Virus record (IMG/VR): IMGVR_UViG_3300045738_001212
Span: 1-64,000 of that record
DNA length: 64,000 nt
Direction: 5' to 3' (one strand)
From: a virus
Shown here piece after piece: positions 1 to 13,910 of the stretch. The notes beneath the pieces are model-generated. The model made no database searches and was not told where the DNA came from. It saw only the letters and a program-made list of their open reading frames with translations. Position 1 is the first letter of the stretch. Every line of letters begins with the position of its first letter. The position numbers were made by a program, and so were the translations under genes.

Positions 1-149
1 ACTCCTTGCTCGTAAACTTTGACAACCTGAGAGAGGTTCGCCTTGTTGCCGGGGCAGGATACATTGTGGTCCTTTATTTTTCCTTCTAGAGCTTGAGCAA
101 GTCTGATCGAAAATTGGATCACCGGGTCTTGTTCTATGTTCTCTCTCAT
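1..149 (-). CDS. hypothetical protein, 5' part only (MRENIEQDPVIQFSIRLAQALEGK...), runs off window
   Basis: ATG at 149 on minus strand, open frame to window edge. Confidence 0.55.
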   Translation of the reverse strand, partial: MRENIEQDPVIQFSIRLAQALEGKIKDHNVSCPGNKANLSQVVKVYEQG

Positions 150-206
150 TTTTGTTATTATTTTCCGCTTAAAAAAAAGTTTTTCTAAATTTTTTTCGTT
201 ATTTTC

Positions 207-256
207 TTGACTTTTACCCCGAACCGTGGTATTCTTTTATAAGAAAGGAACCCAAT
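207..256 (+). promoter_or_regulatory. sigma70-type promoter (TTGACT-N17-TATTCT) and SD (AAAGGA) for the 257 ORF
   Basis: consensus hexamers with 17-bp spacing. Confidence 0.6.
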
Positions 257-844
257 ATGAAAAAAATAGCCTTATTCCTGCTTGGTATTACACAAATTTT
301 ACCCGTTTATTCAGCAGAAAATTTCAAATTTCGAGATGGCACATCCGTCGATGGACGCATCTATGTAGAAAAGGGTTTTGAGCCTGATGGATATGGGATC
401 ATCTTGAACATAGAAAACAGTGTTTATGTTCACCATTACCCAGCGACGGACAGGTCTCTCTCTTGTCCCTTATTCTACTACGGCGGACCCAACCCATTTG
501 GCCCAACGCCAGTTTGTACTCCCTCTAGGATTTCGTTTTTTCATTTTGAAACGTTCACCTTAGCTGGAATAAAAGAAAGCGTAACTAGCATGGACATTCC
601 TAAAGAGAAGAAAAAGAAAGCTCTCGCTTCTATCGACAAAGCTCTCTCGGGTGAAATACCGGAAGTTATGACTAACCCGAAGTTGACAACTCGCTCTGCA
701 AATCAAAAATGGGAAATGTGGGTTGACATATCTCTAGGGAAAGAGTTTAAAAAGGGGACAATGATCTGGGGGAAAGACCTACATCTTCTCAAGAAGTATA
801 ACCCTGAGTATCGTAGTCTTTCCTATTCCAAAAAACGAAGATAA
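257..844 (+). CDS. hypothetical secreted protein (N-terminal signal peptide)
   Basis: MKKIALFLLGITQILPVYSA leader; own promoter and SD; 3' end overlaps the convergent gene by 66 bp. Confidence 0.7.
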   Translation: MKKIALFLLGITQILPVYSAENFKFRDGTSVDGRIYVEKGFEPDGYGIILNIENSVYVHHYPATDRSLSCPLFYYGGPNPFGPTPVCTPSRISFFHFETFTLAGIKESVTSMDIPKEKKKKALASIDKALSGEIPEVMTNPKLTTRSANQKWEMWVDISLGKEFKKGTMIWGKDLHLLKKYNPEYRSLSYSKKRR

Positions 845-1252
845 ATTCGGAGTTACAGGGAAGCAACCCCAATGATAGTTTAACGTCCCCTTGTCGCGAA
901 CCAGAACAATTGCTGTTTTATCAAAGGTTAATTTCTTCAATGATTCTACGGGGAGAATACTTATTTTAATATTTCGTTTGCTTAAGTAGCTTTTTATTTC
1001 TTCAGGGAACGTAATTCCCTTGGCTCGTTTATCGAACATTGACATCACATCTCTAAAAAGAGAGTAGCATTCATGGTTATCTAAAATCTCGCGACTGATG
1101 CTAAACCTCGAAGCGTCGAAATTCATTCTCTCCATCGCGTCATAAAGAGCCTCTGGACCGCAACTGCTATGATGAGGATACGAGCCTTTTTGAAAAACGC
1201 TACACCCCGTACAAAATAAAAAAATTAAAATACAAGTCCATAAGTGCTTCAT
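779..1252 (-). CDS. lipoprotein with peptidase C39-like (papain-fold) domain
   Basis: lipobox-like FCTGC; SCGPEAL catalytic Cys motif and downstream YHW His. Confidence 0.55.
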   Translation of the reverse strand: MKHLWTCILIFLFCTGCSVFQKGSYPHHSSCGPEALYDAMERMNFDASRFSISREILDNHECYSLFRDVMSMFDKRAKGITFPEEIKSYLSKRNIKISILPVESLKKLTFDKTAIVLVRDKGTLNYHWGCFPVTPNLSSFFGIGKTTILRVILLEKM

Positions 1253-1270
1253 CCCACAAGGGGATTACAC

Positions 1271-2203
1271 TTAAATAGATGTTCCGCAATACTCTCGCTC
1301 TGAAATCCCCATGCTTGCAGAGCTTTCATCGTACATGACGGGCTCAGGGCGACGCAAATTTTTTCCTGAAGACGTTAACGCATCTTCGTGTATTACTTTC
1401 AGTTTATCTTCTGAAAGCCACTCTTTGAAGTGTTCGTAAATTGGGCCGGGGTCTGTTCCGAGTTCTACTGCTCCTAAAAAATAATTTCTTATTTTGTTGT
1501 TCAACGTTAGCGGATATTTTACTCCGTCCGGTCTTCCAAACCTATGCACCCATCTTAAGAAAGGGAGACATAAAGTTTTGTGTCCAGCTTTTCTATACTT
1601 CTCATGGATGTATCCTTCTTCTCCTCCAAACCCCCTGAATAAAGGATTGAAACCTAACCAGTTTTCTTTCTTAGCAGAAAAAACCCCTAGTCCCTGCATG
1701 GGAATTTCGAACGGTTCTGCGTCTGGATTTTTTGCTCTATCATCAGTTGCCCAAGTTCCGTACATCTGAGCCCTCCAAACGGGGTCAAAATGAGAAGAGA
1801 TGGTTTTTAAATCATCGTACAAAAGTGGCCCCTGCAATAAGTCTTTTGAGTCTGGATTTTGTTCGTAGTAGTCTATTAGTTTTTTTATGGACCCCGGAAC
1901 AAATAAAATATGGCAATCCATAGAAACAACATATGGAGCAGATGCATGTTCAAAAATTTTATTCCTGACAACTGTGCTTTGGTATTCTGTAAATGGTATG
2001 TATTTTGTCTTAGCCCAGTGCCCCGCAAGATTCTTGGTAATTTTACCATGTGGACCATCAGGGTTATTATCAACAACTAAAATCTCTATATCATCGATAA
2101 CCTCGGGGTGGTACATCCTCAACGCTTGAATAGAAAAGTATACCCCGTGATAATCATCGAAGGTGGCCATACCGATTGTTAGCTTAGGTCTTCTTGGGCT
2201 CAT
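1271..2203 (-). CDS. GT-A glycosyltransferase (GT2/GT27-like; polypeptide GalNAc-transferase-like motifs)
   Basis: EILVVDN, SMDCH (DxH), PMQGLGVFS, GFGGEE, WVHRF motifs. Confidence 0.85.
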   Translation of the reverse strand: MSPRRPKLTIGMATFDDYHGVYFSIQALRMYHPEVIDDIEILVVDNNPDGPHGKITKNLAGHWAKTKYIPFTEYQSTVVRNKIFEHASAPYVVSMDCHILFVPGSIKKLIDYYEQNPDSKDLLQGPLLYDDLKTISSHFDPVWRAQMYGTWATDDRAKNPDAEPFEIPMQGLGVFSAKKENWLGFNPLFRGFGGEEGYIHEKYRKAGHKTLCLPFLRWVHRFGRPDGVKYPLTLNNKIRNYFLGAVELGTDPGPIYEHFKEWLSEDKLKVIHEDALTSSGKNLRRPEPVMYDESSASMGISEREYCGTSI

Positions 2204-2258
2204 GCTGTAAAATCCTTATCAATCATAATATGCTTAAATAGTCGAGTTCGTCAACTTA

Positions 2259-2642
2259 TTAAGGCGCAGCGGTAGTCGTTGTCGTGGGTTGAGCAGTCGT
2301 TGTCGTCGTGGGTTGAGCAGTCGTTGTCGTCGTGGGTTGAGCAGTCGTTGTTGTCGTAGGTTGAGCAGTCGTCGTTGTTGTTGGATCGGGGGTCGTTGAC
2401 GTTGTTGTTGACGTTATTGTTGTCGTTGTCGTTGTTGGTGTTGGCGTGGTCGTACACTCGCAACTTTGCATATAATCGTGCCACGTTATCCAAGTGCCGT
2501 TTATGTTTTTATTCGCAAAACATATCTGTTCCCAAGTGCCGTCGGCTTTAGCGTATACGTCGGTTACGCATTCCCATGCGCCATTATCCCTTACAAACAA
2601 ACCGGGGATGCACGGGCCGGATGTGGTGGTTGTGGTTGGCAT
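2259..2642 (-). CDS. small Thr-rich mucin-like protein (TTTTTAQP repeats), probably virion-associated
   Basis: ATG 3 nt after the fibre gene stop; Cys/Trp N-terminal domain then poly-Thr repeats. Confidence 0.75.
   Translation of the reverse strand: MPTTTTTSGPCIPGLFVRDNGAWECVTDVYAKADGTWEQICFANKNINGTWITWHDYMQSCECTTTPTPTTTTTTITSTTTSTTPDPTTTTTAQPTTTTTAQPTTTTTAQPTTTTTAQPTTTTTAAP
2268..2380. repeat. 24-bp tandem repeat (about 4 copies) encoding TTTTTAQP
   Basis: gtcgttgtcgtcgtgggttgagca-type units. Confidence 0.9.
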
Positions 2643-2645
2643 GGT

Positions 2646-6551
<3,906 letters not shown>

Positions 6552-6567
6552 TTCATCTCTTCACAGC

Positions 6568-8328
6568 TTATGGGTCTACACAGTCTGTCCACGTCTGAGA
6601 GGCACCTTGACAATTGCCTTTAGTTAGGTACTGGTCATCGTCACAGAAGCCAGCTACCCCTCCGCAAGGGGCACTCCAAGTAAGCTTCCAAGTTATGTCC
6701 AGACCATTTTGATTATCAGGATAAGGGTAGTCTTTGGTTGATTCGGTGAATTTGGGTTTATTGGCTATTGTATTATAAGGCCATGTCCCGGTGTTGAAGG
6801 TGGGTAAAAATTCTCCCCCGGCGGGATGATTAGTTGGGTCGTAAGAACCAAACAAGGCGTCGAAGAATGGATATAAGCTATCCATGTTCTCACCTACACC
6901 GTCACCCTTGGCTCCCCCAAAAACTAATGATTTGTAAGGTATATATGTGCCGGGACTGGATGGGTCTTGCTGGGCGTTAATAGCAGTCCACGATAAAGTT
7001 CTGGTCAGGTGTCTGTCTCTATCTGTATCAATTGCCCCCGTGTAAAAAATATCAGAACTATGATTTAGGCTCGTGACACAAAATGGAGGTACCTGCCCGT
7101 TCTGAGCGGTTATACCTGCAAGTTCAATTTCTCCAACGGCATCATCTGGATTGGGACAAATGGAGCCTATTCTTCTATATTTTTTAAATCTTTCCAGCCT
7201 CTTCACGCCTGTTCGTAATTCGTTTGGCGTAGTAGGAGGGGGTGGCTCCCCACCACCTCCCGCTTCATCGGGCTCCTTCGTCAAGGCGTCGGGTAAATCA
7301 TAATAAAAATCCGGGAAACCTGTCGCGACGTATATGCCAGTCGTATTCCAGTGCAATGTATTATCACTAGCTACTCCCTGCATTTTGCCGTGGGTAAGCC
7401 TATAAATATTTGGCTTTGCTTTACCTCCATAATAATAATCATATAAATATTGAGTATCATCTGTAGAAAAATAAGCCCAAAAATTTCCAGTAGAAGAAGG
7501 CTCCAATGGCTCCCCGTAATCCAACATGACCGCATCGCCCGCTACAACTTTTGAATCTTCTCCACCGCCATAACCTCCCTCTTCTCCTTCTTCAAGCTTT
7601 GTCCCTTCACCAGCGACTACTTGAATTCCGGGATGTAGAATTCTTGCTTGTCCGGTCAAATATTGCCACCTGATTGAGTCAACACCCTGAGCGGTCACTA
7701 AACCAACGAAAGGATCAAAATCCCTGACAGAAGAATCGACGGTGAAGGTGAGCTTGTAGGATATAACTCCATAGTCTCCACTAGGGATAGTAAAGTCTTT
7801 TAGAACCCTGCTAAAAGCCGTAATGCCACTTAAGTCATCAGTAAAATGTGGAGGATAGTCCGTTGTTCTCTCCCCTAGTCCCCCTGTCGTGGCGGGGCTA
7901 GTCATGCACTCCCTAACGTGCATGTCTTCATCCATGTATGTCCCATTTAGTTCCGGTAGTCTCCATGCCCTGTGTAGTTCTACTATTCCTCCGTCCGCAG
8001 TATGGTCTGTCGTAAAACCGCATCCTCCCGGAATAAGTCCCGTCATCCACATAAAATTTTCCTTACGATTGGAATCACTGAATGGAGGCAGGGTATATAT
8101 GTAAGGGAACATTGACTTTTCCAAGCCTGTTGTGAACATCGTATTGGCAAGATTTCCAGAACCGACACTAAGGTACTTAAAACAAGCCGCAAAGGGCATC
8201 GTTAACGGGTAATTTAGCCCCGTCATGGTAATAAAATTACCGAAGTAATCCGACCCACTTAACAGTTCGTCTTGCTGGTTATAAATATCGACCTTAAATT
8301 GGCCGTCCAGAGTAATCATGCTAGGCAT
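6568..8328 (-). CDS. virion structural protein, paralogue of 8332-12033
   Basis: shared N-terminus (GQFKVDIYN...DYF.NFIT.TGL.YPL) and C-terminus (WSAPC.GVAG). Confidence 0.65.
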   Translation of the reverse strand: MPSMITLDGQFKVDIYNQQDELLSGSDYFGNFITMTGLNYPLTMPFAACFKYLSVGSGNLANTMFTTGLEKSMFPYIYTLPPFSDSNRKENFMWMTGLIPGGCGFTTDHTADGGIVELHRAWRLPELNGTYMDEDMHVRECMTSPATTGGLGERTTDYPPHFTDDLSGITAFSRVLKDFTIPSGDYGVISYKLTFTVDSSVRDFDPFVGLVTAQGVDSIRWQYLTGQARILHPGIQVVAGEGTKLEEGEEGGYGGGEDSKVVAGDAVMLDYGEPLEPSSTGNFWAYFSTDDTQYLYDYYYGGKAKPNIYRLTHGKMQGVASDNTLHWNTTGIYVATGFPDFYYDLPDALTKEPDEAGGGGEPPPPTTPNELRTGVKRLERFKKYRRIGSICPNPDDAVGEIELAGITAQNGQVPPFCVTSLNHSSDIFYTGAIDTDRDRHLTRTLSWTAINAQQDPSSPGTYIPYKSLVFGGAKGDGVGENMDSLYPFFDALFGSYDPTNHPAGGEFLPTFNTGTWPYNTIANKPKFTESTKDYPYPDNQNGLDITWKLTWSAPCGGVAGFCDDDQYLTKGNCQGASQTWTDCVDP

Positions 8329-8331
8329 TAC

Positions 8332-11300
8332 TTAAGCCTCCTCTTCTATGCAACCAGCAACCCCAGCGCAGGGGGCCGACCACGCGATGTCCATATAAAC
8401 TTCTAGAGTATTTAAATTACTCATGCCGGGGTATACTCCCCCTTGATCAATCTCTTCTCTCTTGAACGAGTCTGCGGTAGCACTTCCTTTCGCAAAATTC
8501 GGCAAAAGCCTTGGAGATTCATAATGAAGGAAATATCCTTCAGGAGGAAGGAAGTCGGTCATCTTAATTGTTCCTTGGAATTCGGTAGTCGGATTCCAAT
8601 CCATGTCAACGCCAACTTCACCGCGACTGGCTAGTACGTAAACCGCATCAGTTCCGTGTCCGTACCATTCATTGGTTGGTGTCCAAGTTTTTCCTGCGTC
8701 TTGGCAAAGAGTCTTGGTAGCGTGGCCCCCGGCACTACAGCTTCCTTCGGTTTCATAACAATCTACTTCAGTAGTAAATTGAGTGTCTGAACAGGTGGGC
8801 GTTTGCTTTGCTGCCGGAGTCATATCGCAACCAGAGAATATAAAGGCCATCGTATTGCCATCTTGAGCGTCCAATCCGTCTCCTGATCTACGAGCTACCA
8901 TGTTGGTTGCTCTATCGGGATAACTTCCGAAGCCATCAAACATGTTTGTTACTACTCCCACGGGGTGTTCGTTTGAAGCTTGTTGAGCCCCGAAATAAGG
9001 ACTCATGCTTTCACCGAAAACACTTTCAGAGGAATCGGCAACGGTAGGAATCTGAACATAACCTGCTGGCGGGAATACAGAAGGATCAGTATCACCCACC
9101 CAAGTCGTATTGGTTATATTGCCGTTTGTTAAGTGAGCGGCGGGAACCAAGTAGCCCGTGACAGCTTGCACAATCCAAGTCTTACCTGCCGTTGTGCACT
9201 GATCTTTAGTTGCGTACTGGACATCATCACAAACGCCAGCGAAGGTCGTCATATTGTCTCTCAGGATACCCATAGCAACACTGGTATTCAACGAGGTTGA
9301 CAGGGCTTCCAACTCAATACCATCGTAAGGAATCGGGAATGAATCATCCAACTGCTTCCATTTACTGGTATCAGTTAAGCTATCCTCGGTGTTGTCGTCT
9401 ACCTTGGACATGTAGAGCAACGAGCCGTCGTTATCAACGATGTCCCCAATTGAGTAAGTCTTTGCCGTGTCATGCGCCCCTAAAGCTTGAGATTGTTGGT
9501 AACGGTCAACAGCGACATAACCAGTAGCTCTCGAAAGGAAGAATCCTACGTGTTGAGTGTTTGATACGTAATTTTCCGTGATGCTGGTAAGGGGTATTTT
9601 TTGTGTTGGATCAAGGGTTTGATTCACAAACGTATCCAAGTCCGTGTTGAAAGTAAGATCGGCAACCATTTGGTCCTGCGCCGAGAAGTAACCCTTCTCT
9701 GTGCTGGCCCAAGCATTAGTTGCTGTCCACTCTGAGGCAGCACTTTCACAATCTGTTTTGTTTGTGTCCGTGCCGTTAAGACAAGTTCCGTCAGTTTCAA
9801 GACAGGTTGCCTCAGTAGTATATTGAGAGTCAGAACAAGTCCATACGTCGGGGTCAGCGATAATTCCCAGCCCTGCGTCATAATAATGTAGGTCAGCTAC
9901 GCTAAAGTTAAGCTTTCCACCGTCTACATTCGGCCAGTATAAATCGTCGGTTGAGAACCACCGTGAGTATGCACCTTCGTCAGTGATTCCGGCGGCGGTA
10001 GGAGGTTCTTGAATTGCTGTTCTTGCTAGGATACCATCTGGATACCAAGTTTTAATATTAGCTTCACATTCAATCTTGGTCTCGTATTGAGTGTCTTCGC
10101 AAATCGGTCCTGTTTGTATTGCGATTCGATGGTCAGCAATTCCATAGTCTAAACTCGTAGGAAATAAATTCCCTTGAATTGCCCCAACTCCATAATAAAG
10201 CTCACCATCAACTACCACTTTCCCGGCGTTAACGTGATCTGGCGCAAAAGTCCCGGTATCGCCGGGGACGAGATAACCAGCGGTTACGTCATGCTCCCAC
10301 TCAAAGTCGAACTTCGCACCGGGTAGGGTATTTGCGGTTAAGGCGGTTGGTCCAGAAATGCGTACCGCAGTAGGATCAAGATTTATAGTCTCGTATGGCC
10401 ACTCAGTGTTAGTTGTTTGTGAACCTTCATAGAAACCGCTATGCCCAGTGATACGGCTTTCCGCAAGGTTGGGATCATAAACAATTGGTCCATGAATAGT
10501 CTCAAGGTTAAATCCACCATTCGTACTCGGTTGCGTGGTGAGTCTGGATTTAATGATACCCCTACCTCTTTCCGTCAGATAGCATCCATCAAACGCACGA
10601 TAATGCTGCATGACAGACCTTCCAGACGTGTCAAAGAACATGCAATCTACGGCTGGCCAATAGTCGTCACCATTTTTCATGGCGTAAACCAAGGAACCAA
10701 ATCTTGAATTATGTCCCAAGGCATTAATTGGCGTAATAAAAGCCTTTCTGACTATGTTCCTTCTTCGCCCCGTGAAGTCTGCAAGACTGACTCCAAGGTT
10801 GCTCATCATGCTTGAGTAAGCAGCCTTGAATCCTCTATCGAATTGATTTCCCTGCAACCGCTCTTTTCCATATGTAGCCATTGAAATTGCCGCGTCAGCA
10901 TCTGAAATATATCCATAATTGCTATCGTTAAGATCAACGCTTTGAGACGTGGATTGTGTATAATCGATTAAGCGAGGAGGCTTCTCATCATTCGGTGGCT
11001 TAAGCCTTATGCTTGGGTGATGTTCGAATGGACTACTGGTATCATCAGGATAGCTAGAAAAGGCCATCTTTGCGTTTTGTTGCGCGAGGATTTGATTATC
11101 TGGAACATTTGCGTTCTTGGCTAAGTCATGGTTGAAACTTAACGCGCATAAACCGTCAGTGGCATAAGCTTTATACACGTCTGTTTGACCTCCCGCGTGA
11201 CGATTGACATCGAATTGACCATTTTCAGGAGAAAAATAAATCGCAAGGTCTGATAGTCGAACCTGACTTGGTTCCATTGGGTCGCCGTACTTGGGAATAA

Positions 11301-12033
11301 AGGTGCGCCCCTGATTGTCAACGCATCTTAATCCGTGGTAACATTGTCTGTAGTAACCTGATAAGTGTCCGAAACTGTCAACTAGATGCTCTTGTTCTGA
11401 TATCTCTGCGTTGTCAGTTTTGAAGGTTCCATCATAAAAGTAACTAACGCCTGTATGTTTAATTTTTACATTCAACATGTAGGTGATAATAGTTTTCGTG
11501 CCAGAGGGAATAAGTACACTTCTCGGTACCCTGCTAAAAGCCCACTTTCCGGTTTCATCCATGCCCGTGCTAGGCGAAACAACAAACTCAGAGATAGGCA
11601 CGATGTCTTCTGTATAAACATTGTCTCCCGTGGGAAGTTTCCATCCCCTATAGAATGAGGGGCCGTCAGCACCAACAATTGTGCCACAGCTTCCTGCGCT
11701 ACTATTCGATTGCTTGTCTAAATGGGCATCGCCCAGATAATCCCACCATTGGATACCAATAACACCATCATCATAGTCCTTAACTTTGGCTGCGACAGGT
11801 GACCCAACAGGCATAAGCCCCGTAACATCCATCGTATTCGCCGAGCCATTCGAGCCAAGAGATAGGTACCTAAAGCAATCAGCAAAGTTATAATAAAGAG
11901 GGTAATGCAGACCTGTTTGAGTGATGAAATTAGAAAAGTAGTCGGTGGAATCTATCAGTTTGTCTTCTCGATTATAGATATCGACTTTGAACTGCCCTTG
12001 TAATCCATATTCTACTTGTTGTTGAATCTTCAT
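8332..12033 (-). CDS. large virion structural protein with Cys-pair repeats and a CBM-like module
   Basis: several C-x9/10-C-x5/6-W repeats; TYSIGDIVD...YMS module; context among fibre genes. Confidence 0.65.
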   Translation of the reverse strand: MKIQQQVEYGLQGQFKVDIYNREDKLIDSTDYFSNFITQTGLHYPLYYNFADCFRYLSLGSNGSANTMDVTGLMPVGSPVAAKVKDYDDGVIGIQWWDYLGDAHLDKQSNSSAGSCGTIVGADGPSFYRGWKLPTGDNVYTEDIVPISEFVVSPSTGMDETGKWAFSRVPRSVLIPSGTKTIITYMLNVKIKHTGVSYFYDGTFKTDNAEISEQEHLVDSFGHLSGYYRQCYHGLRCVDNQGRTFIPKYGDPMEPSQVRLSDLAIYFSPENGQFDVNRHAGGQTDVYKAYATDGLCALSFNHDLAKNANVPDNQILAQQNAKMAFSSYPDDTSSPFEHHPSIRLKPPNDEKPPRLIDYTQSTSQSVDLNDSNYGYISDADAAISMATYGKERLQGNQFDRGFKAAYSSMMSNLGVSLADFTGRRRNIVRKAFITPINALGHNSRFGSLVYAMKNGDDYWPAVDCMFFDTSGRSVMQHYRAFDGCYLTERGRGIIKSRLTTQPSTNGGFNLETIHGPIVYDPNLAESRITGHSGFYEGSQTTNTEWPYETINLDPTAVRISGPTALTANTLPGAKFDFEWEHDVTAGYLVPGDTGTFAPDHVNAGKVVVDGELYYGVGAIQGNLFPTSLDYGIADHRIAIQTGPICEDTQYETKIECEANIKTWYPDGILARTAIQEPPTAAGITDEGAYSRWFSTDDLYWPNVDGGKLNFSVADLHYYDAGLGIIADPDVWTCSDSQYTTEATCLETDGTCLNGTDTNKTDCESAASEWTATNAWASTEKGYFSAQDQMVADLTFNTDLDTFVNQTLDPTQKIPLTSITENYVSNTQHVGFFLSRATGYVAVDRYQQSQALGAHDTAKTYSIGDIVDNDGSLLYMSKVDDNTEDSLTDTSKWKQLDDSFPIPYDGIELEALSTSLNTSVAMGILRDNMTTFAGVCDDVQYATKDQCTTAGKTWIVQAVTGYLVPAAHLTNGNITNTTWVGDTDPSVFPPAGYVQIPTVADSSESVFGESMSPYFGAQQASNEHPVGVVTNMFDGFGSYPDRATNMVARRSGDGLDAQDGNTMAFIFSGCDMTPAAKQTPTCSDTQFTTEVDCYETEGSCSAGGHATKTLCQDAGKTWTPTNEWYGHGTDAVYVLASRGEVGVDMDWNPTTEFQGTIKMTDFLPPEGYFLHYESPRLLPNFAKGSATADSFKREEIDQGGVYPGMSNLNTLEVYMDIAWSAPCAGVAGCIEEEA

Positions 12034-12095
12034 GTTTTTCCTATTATTTTACAATTTAATTTAAAATTTTCAACCTAAATTAATTTAATTTTTAG

Positions 12096-12734
12096 TTACG
12101 CTATTCCGCCTAAATATCTCCCCGTCTTAAAGAAATATTGCGATTTCAATGTCCCCGGCTCTGCTTTGTCTGCACTCCACTTGAGTCTTCCCTTGAAGAA
12201 TTCTCCTGTTTCAAAAGCCATTGTCCCCCCCATGTTATCTTTCTGTATACCAAGCAGATTCCCCTTGGAGGGGACATGTCCCACCACTAGCGGTTCATCC
12301 CAATCAATACCTTTTTGCTCTACCGCTGGTATCGTCCACCTATAGTATCCGACTTCCCTCATTGAGGGTTCATAGTTTCCGCTAACATACCACATAATAG
12401 ATGGCTCATCCCAATCCATTGAGTTTACCAACCCAGTTGGAGTTATCGACAATGAGGGATAATCTACCGATTCTCCCCTAATGAGCCCGGTCTGTTGGGC
12501 GTTAAAATGGAACCTATCGTGTACTAGCGGGATAAAATCCCCCGACGTAATTAAATTAAAATTTTGAAGTGGATAATCAAAATAAATTACATCACAATGT
12601 CCTGTAAAACCCCACCTTAAAGTCGGCCTATCTATTCCGTAGAAGAAGGTCTTCTGGACATCCGTACCAATGTACCTAGCATTGCTAATGCCTAGATGCT
12701 CAATCTGCTGGAGTTGATTGTACGGATGCCCCAT
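12096..12734 (-). CDS. hypothetical protein
   Basis: 212-aa ORF in operon-like spacing. Confidence 0.65.
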   Translation of the reverse strand: MGHPYNQLQQIEHLGISNARYIGTDVQKTFFYGIDRPTLRWGFTGHCDVIYFDYPLQNFNLITSGDFIPLVHDRFHFNAQQTGLIRGESVDYPSLSITPTGLVNSMDWDEPSIMWYVSGNYEPSMREVGYYRWTIPAVEQKGIDWDEPLVVGHVPSKGNLLGIQKDNMGGTMAFETGEFFKGRLKWSADKAEPGTLKSQYFFKTGRYLGGIA

Positions 12735-12744
12735 ACGTTACCGT

Positions 12745-13908
12745 TTACATATCACCCAACTTAGCAAGCTCCTCCAGTTTAAGGCTTGGCCGAGCAAGTC
12801 CTCCAACTGCTGTGAACACTGTCAGGTTTGGTTTGTTTCCACTATAAATTCCACTATGAACAATATTTCCGGGCTTTAACATTCTGGAAAGTTGTTCGAA
12901 TGCCTGATCTAAATCTCTTTGAGGAATGTTATCTAGCTGCTCTTTCCCACCGATAACAACGGCAGCGGCGCAAGTGCCACTTGATAAGTCCAATCCTCCA
13001 GATAATAGATTGTTTTTTAGATTTTCCCTTACTGCTCTCGAAATGCTTACTGCATCTTTCCAGTCTGCTACGGGAGAAGCTCCAAATACAATACACCCCG
13101 AATCAAGAAGTGTTTCGTAATCCTTTTTATCGAAAGCTGAATAACTGCTATCCTTAGAAGCTGTAAGGTTGAATAAGTTAAATAACCCACACATACTCAT
13201 ATTTGCGGTTTGCCAAAAATTGGAAACAACAAGGTTGGGGTAAAGCTTGGTAATTTTTTCATTATCTAAAATGATAAGAGGAGACACAATCCCCTTGTCA
13301 ACAAGATCGAAAGCTTTCTTTAGCGTGTTGTGAGCGTTGGCGTTAACCTTTTTTCCTTCGGAAGCTTTAGGTAAAGCGAGAATAACTCCAACTTGTTTCG
13401 CGGAAGCTTTCACTGTCTCTTGGAGTTCCTTGGCCGCGTAAGCCAACGGCTCCATCATCCCTGCTCCAGAGCCGCCACCAGCACCAAGGCTAATAATGAT
13501 TCTGTCTAATTCTTCCCCGAAAGAGTACTTCATAAAATCGAGTACATCTTCAGACTTCTTGTTGAAAAGCTCCTCCGCTACCCTCGGGTCTTTTCCTGCT
13601 CCACCATCCCCAATACATAGTTTGTTTTCTATTAACTTGAGGGTGTTGAGGTCTTGCATGGCGGTGTTGATTGCCGCAGTTTTCCTGTATCCAAGTTGGT
13701 GAAATGTTTCCGCAATTCTTGATCCACCTTGTCCGGCACCAATGAAGGCGAATTTAAATGCTACATCAATTTCGTCCTTTATCTCTGTTTTTTTCTCCGG
13801 CTCTGGCTCTGGCATGGGAATGTCAGGCAGTGTAATGTCGATGTCTGCTTCCCCATACACGGCTTTAATTTGCTCGTCGTTTTGTTGCTCTTGATTTTCT
13901 TCGCTCAT
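12745..13908 (-). CDS. tubulin/FtsZ-family GTPase (PhuZ/TubZ-like)
   Basis: IGAGQGGSRIA, AINT, GAGKDP, LGAGGGSGAG signature, LDNEK, T7-loop-like FDKKD; SD TAAGGAG. Confidence 0.9.
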   Translation of the reverse strand: MSEENQEQQNDEQIKAVYGEADIDITLPDIPMPEPEPEKKTEIKDEIDVAFKFAFIGAGQGGSRIAETFHQLGYRKTAAINTAMQDLNTLKLIENKLCIGDGGAGKDPRVAEELFNKKSEDVLDFMKYSFGEELDRIIISLGAGGGSGAGMMEPLAYAAKELQETVKASAKQVGVILALPKASEGKKVNANAHNTLKKAFDLVDKGIVSPLIILDNEKITKLYPNLVVSNFWQTANMSMCGLFNLFNLTASKDSSYSAFDKKDYETLLDSGCIVFGASPVADWKDAVSISRAVRENLKNNLLSGGLDLSSGTCAAAVVIGGKEQLDNIPQRDLDQAFEQLSRMLKPGNIVHSGIYSGNKPNLTVFTAVGGLARPSLKLEELAKLGDM

Positions 13909-13910
13909 AG

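Noticed and set aside
2251-2493. Alternative-frame Asn/Asp-rich ORF
   Set aside because: Frame-shifted reading of the poly-Thr repeat; the 2259-2642 frame has the coupled ATG
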